Of a stretch of 64,000 bases of DNA, positions 60,793 to 64,000 are shown piece after piece. A model generated the notes under the pieces. That model ran no database searches and was not told the origin of the DNA. It was given only the letters and a program-made list of their open reading frames with translations. The translations under genes were made by a program, and so were the position numbers. The DNA lies in the NCBI GenBank assembly GCA_001179505.1, contig CDMY01000708.1, positions 1 to 64,000 on the forward strand, in the 5' to 3' direction. The DNA is from Vitrella brassicaformis CCMP3155 (taxonomy: Eukaryota > Protista > Chromerida). How positions within the stretch are numbered: position 1 is the stretch's first letter; every line of letters starts with the position of its first letter.

Positions 60793-61821
60793 TGGAGCAA
60801 ACTCGCGACTCGACTGTCACATCGGGAGGCTCCTGTGGGGCTGCTTGCACTGCGCTCGCAGTTCCTGCCAAGTGGTTTTAGGCTCGCAAGACCTGAGGGG
60901 TTTGTGTGTCCGTGTGAAGGCTCTTCTGTCGACGTTGTATGCCTCGCGGATGCAGTACCGTAGAAGGGAGAAAAGTTGAGGCTTGAACCAGTCAGTCATT
61001 CGAGTGGTTGGTTCGCTCGATGTCCCGTTGTCAGGGTGAGAGGGAGGGGCGCAAGAAAAGAGCCATCGCCGCCCTCAACACCCTCCCACCAGACGAGAGG
61101 AACCGATTCAGGCAGGGAAAACAGGGAGGAAAACACGACGCCATCAACTTACACAAGCTGATCAGATCTGCCCTTGTTTGTGTTTGTTCTCCTGCATGTC
61201 TGTTGCTTCCTTCCCTTCTGCAGGGCGAGTTTCGATGGCGGCATGCCGGTGTTGGAGGCCATTGACGCCATATCGTTGCCGCTGCCGTCCGATGACAACA
61301 AGAGGCAACTGGAACAGACGAGGGAGAAGAAGCTCAAGTGGACCCTCAAAGCCGCAGGTGGGATGGGTGTCCACTTCTTAAGAGTGTCCCCCACCACATC
61401 CATCCATCCATCCATCCATCCATCCAAGCTCTCTGCGCTGCGCGTTTCCTATGATGTAGGTAAATCGCTTCTGACAGAGATCCTGACGGGCGAGCCGCAG
61501 CCTGTGGTGACGAAGGCCATGAAGTACCGAATTCGCAAGGCGGCCCGCAGGCGGGCCGGGGATGGTGATGCGGGTGACCGTGACCATGACGAGTCGATGG
61601 AGGCATCAGAGGAGGGCAATCCTGCTGCCGTCCTGCAGCAGCAAGAGAACCAGCAGCAGCAGCAGCAGCAGCAAGACGCCAGAGGGCTGAAGAGGGGCAG
61701 GGAGGAGGAGGTAGATCGGGATGAGGGTGGGTGGGGCATGGCGGCCTCGTCGGGTCACGGTGATGACGGCAAGAGGTGGAAACAGGAAGGACAAGGCCGA
61801 CAGGACGGGATTGTGTCATGA
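60793..61821 (+). CDS. Hypothetical basic, possibly nuclear protein; 5' end uncertain
   Basis: Exon-like peptides GEREGRKKRAIAALN...LHKLIR, RASFDGGMPVLEAID...KLKWTLKAA, KSLLTEILTGEPQPVVTKAMKYRIRKAARRR...GLKRGREEE...DGIVS*. Confidence 0.5.
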
Positions 61822-62787
61822 CCGTGGTGTGGGGAAAGCTTCTCTAGAGTGAGTGGTAGTGGTGTTAAAGATGTATGTGTGTGTGTGTGTGTGCCGCGGT
61901 TGGTCATGTTGACGGGTTTAGGTGATCGACGCACACACAGACACACACACATAGGTACCTACATGCAGGTGTGTAAATACTATGAACAACGGCTGATAAA
62001 TGAATGAATGCCTCACTCACTCATCCAAAACATCCATCGATCACGTCGTCTGTCTGTCCCTCTGGCATGACATGTCTGAGTGATCATTCAACAACACGCA
62101 CGCACCATGGAACATGTAACATAACATCAACCTGTCTGTCCTATATATGGCACATCAAAAATGACTGCAACCGACGCGTCTGTAGCCATTACAAAATACC
62201 ACCCCACCCCACCACCCTGCCCCAACGCCCGCTCGTTCAATTGAGTGACACGCATGGAAGCGCCTACATACGCACACAGACACACAGACACAAAGATGGA
62301 TAGATAGGGAGATAGATAGGTGCCGACCTGAGATGACCTGCACAAACATGCGGCGATATTATATAATATTATGATGCAATGATGCAATGATGAAAAGGTA
62401 TAAAAACCCAGACAAGCAGACAGGCACATAGACAGACAGACGGACAGACAGACAGGCAGACAGACGAGAACAGTGCCGCACCGCACCACATACCCAGCCG
62501 GATCGACGGGGCGGCCGGACTAACTAACCCACCCACAAAACCCGCCATTAGAGCTGTCTATCGGGTGGGCAAAAGGAATACATAATTGCAGACAGGCACA
62601 TCGAATCGAAATAGATGGATGGATGCACTGGCCGACTACGTAAACCCCCCCTACCCTCCCCTTCCCCACCCACAACCCATCTTCATTACTGACCTGCCTG
62701 CCTGCGTAAATGGATCAACATGTGACTGACCAACACACCCCTTCGACCGCAAAAAGCCTCACACAGACAGCCCCCCTCCATGCTCGT

Positions 62788-64000
62788 CTACCTTTCTGGT
62801 TCTGGCTCTGGCCGCGCCGCCACGAGAGACTCCAGCACTGTGCTCAGCCGACTCACCAAGTCGCTCGCCTCCTCCGCACTGGACGACTCAGTAGTCTCGG
62901 CGGCATCCGATGAAGCCGACGTGTCGACGTCCACCAAAACCTCCTCGATGAGCGTCCGCAGCGTCTCAGCACGGGCAGCCACCTCCTCCTCACTCTCCGC
63001 CTCCAGCAGCTGCTCAAACCGCTCGTTCAACACGGCGAGCGTCGTTTCGTTGGATGAGGTGTCGTTGGCATAGGGCGAGAAGAGTGCCCCGAACAGTGCG
63101 ATGCTCTGGGGGTCGACATCGTCGGATGCGGGTGAGTCGACTGCCTCCTCGATAGAGGCGTTGAGCGCCTGGATCTCCCGCCAGAAGAGCTGCAGCTGCC
63201 TGCCGAGCAGAGACAGGTTCGCGTTGGTGACGTCCTGGGCGATCTGGTCGGTCTCGCCACGGTCGGGTAGAAAGCTCACATTGGCCGACGGCGAGAAGTC
63301 CACTGCGAACGGGCTGCCCGTCGCGTTGCCCGTCTCCTCCTGGAGCAGCGCATTCATCCGATCGACCACCTCGGGATACCGCTGCTGGAACTCGTCAAGT
63401 AGCATGTTCAGACGGTCGACGGTCGCAGCGTCCTCAGCGTCCGTGTCGAGCGGGATCCGCTGTGCCGGGAAGCGCCCGTTGAAGTCCTCCAGCAGCTGTT
63501 CAAGCCGCACCAGCTCCGAAGCGGCGTCACTTGACTCCTCATTGTCTTCATCGGCTTCGGATGCGGCTTCGGATTCAGGCCTGCCGCGGGCCTCTGCGCG
63601 GGCAGAGACGGAGGTCGGACTCTCTCCATCCCCCTCCCCCTCTCCCTCTCCCTGTCCCTCTCCCTCTCCCTGTCTATCGGTCTCGACCTCGTCGAGGATG
63701 TCCTCCAGCCGCTGGACGATCTCGTCCCCCTCGGGACCGGTGAGGTCGGCTGCCGTGGAGCCATTGCGTTGCCTCACGTCCGTCAGCAGATTCAGCACTC
63801 GAGTGAGACGCGCGTCGAGGGAGAGGCCGGCGTCTGCGTTAGCGTCTGTGCCATTGCCCCTGGCAGAGGTCGTGGGCTGTTCCTGCTCCTCATCGTCATT
63901 GGCACCAGAGGGGGCCTCAGTGCTGCTGGTGGTGGTGCTGGTGCTGGCGGTAGTGTCTTCTCCCTCCTCGGTTGCCGGCGGTGAGGTGGCTTCTGCCGGC
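62788..64000 (-). CDS. 3' part of a highly acidic, sequon-rich (probably secreted) protein; runs off the right edge
   Basis: Frame open from the window end (PAEATSPPATEEGED...) to 62788. Many N-x-S/T sequons (NGT, NGS, NAT, NVS, NLS, NAS, NDT, NET). The apparent stop (AGG TAG) could instead be an AG|GT donor. Confidence 0.7.
   Translation of the reverse strand, partial: PAEATSPPATEEGEDTTASTSTTTSSTEAPSGANDDEEQEQPTTSARGNGTDANADAGLSLDARLTRVLNLLTDVRQRNGSTAADLTGPEGDEIVQRLEDILDEVETDRQGEGEGQGEGEGEGDGESPTSVSARAEARGRPESEAASEADEDNEESSDAASELVRLEQLLEDFNGRFPAQRIPLDTDAEDAATVDRLNMLLDEFQQRYPEVVDRMNALLQEETGNATGSPFAVDFSPSANVSFLPDRGETDQIAQDVTNANLSLLGRQLQLFWREIQALNASIEEAVDSPASDDVDPQSIALFGALFSPYANDTSSNETTLAVLNERFEQLLEAESEEEVAARAETLRTLIEEVLVDVDTSASSDAAETTESSSAEEASDLVSRLSTVLESLVAARPEPEPER

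Overview
Eukaryotic, intron-rich, GC-rich nuclear DNA. Introns and intergenic DNA are packed with microsatellites ((TG)n/(CA)n, (GACA)n, (GGAT)n, (GGGA)n), which create most of the spurious ORFs in the six-frame track. A chlM gene with a bipartite signal + transit leader (ASA-F), a BCKDH E1-beta and the intron style point to a photosynthetic alga with a complex plastid; a chromerid such as Vitrella is my inference, not a database result. I reconstructed about 23 multi-exon genes by eye, so exon borders are approximate. Recognisable genes: a truncated Ty1/copia RT remnant, a START-domain protein, an LRR + TKL-type kinase, a single-domain 6TM voltage-gated cation channel with EF-hands, BCKDHB, a PDI, a tandem two-domain METTL21-type methyltransferase, chlM, a plastid-targeted Maf-like NTPase, a degenerate mitochondrial-carrier-fold protein and a WDR26/GID7-like protein. 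There are four 300-N gaps. I recognised no rRNA, tRNA or CRISPR. Most notable: (1) a Cys-patterned repeat domain I do not recognise, possibly PAN/apple-like, in two divergent paralogues with a conserved intron; one carries a Gly/Tyr-rich repeat tail and three apparent frame lesions; (2) a large plastid-targeted protein built from an internal duplication with two catalytically degenerate SprT-like domains; (3) a recurring 9-mer RAGCTCGCA found almost only just upstream of start codons, including many short head-to-head promoters; (4) a 34-nt duplication that breaks the likely start frame of the channel gene.
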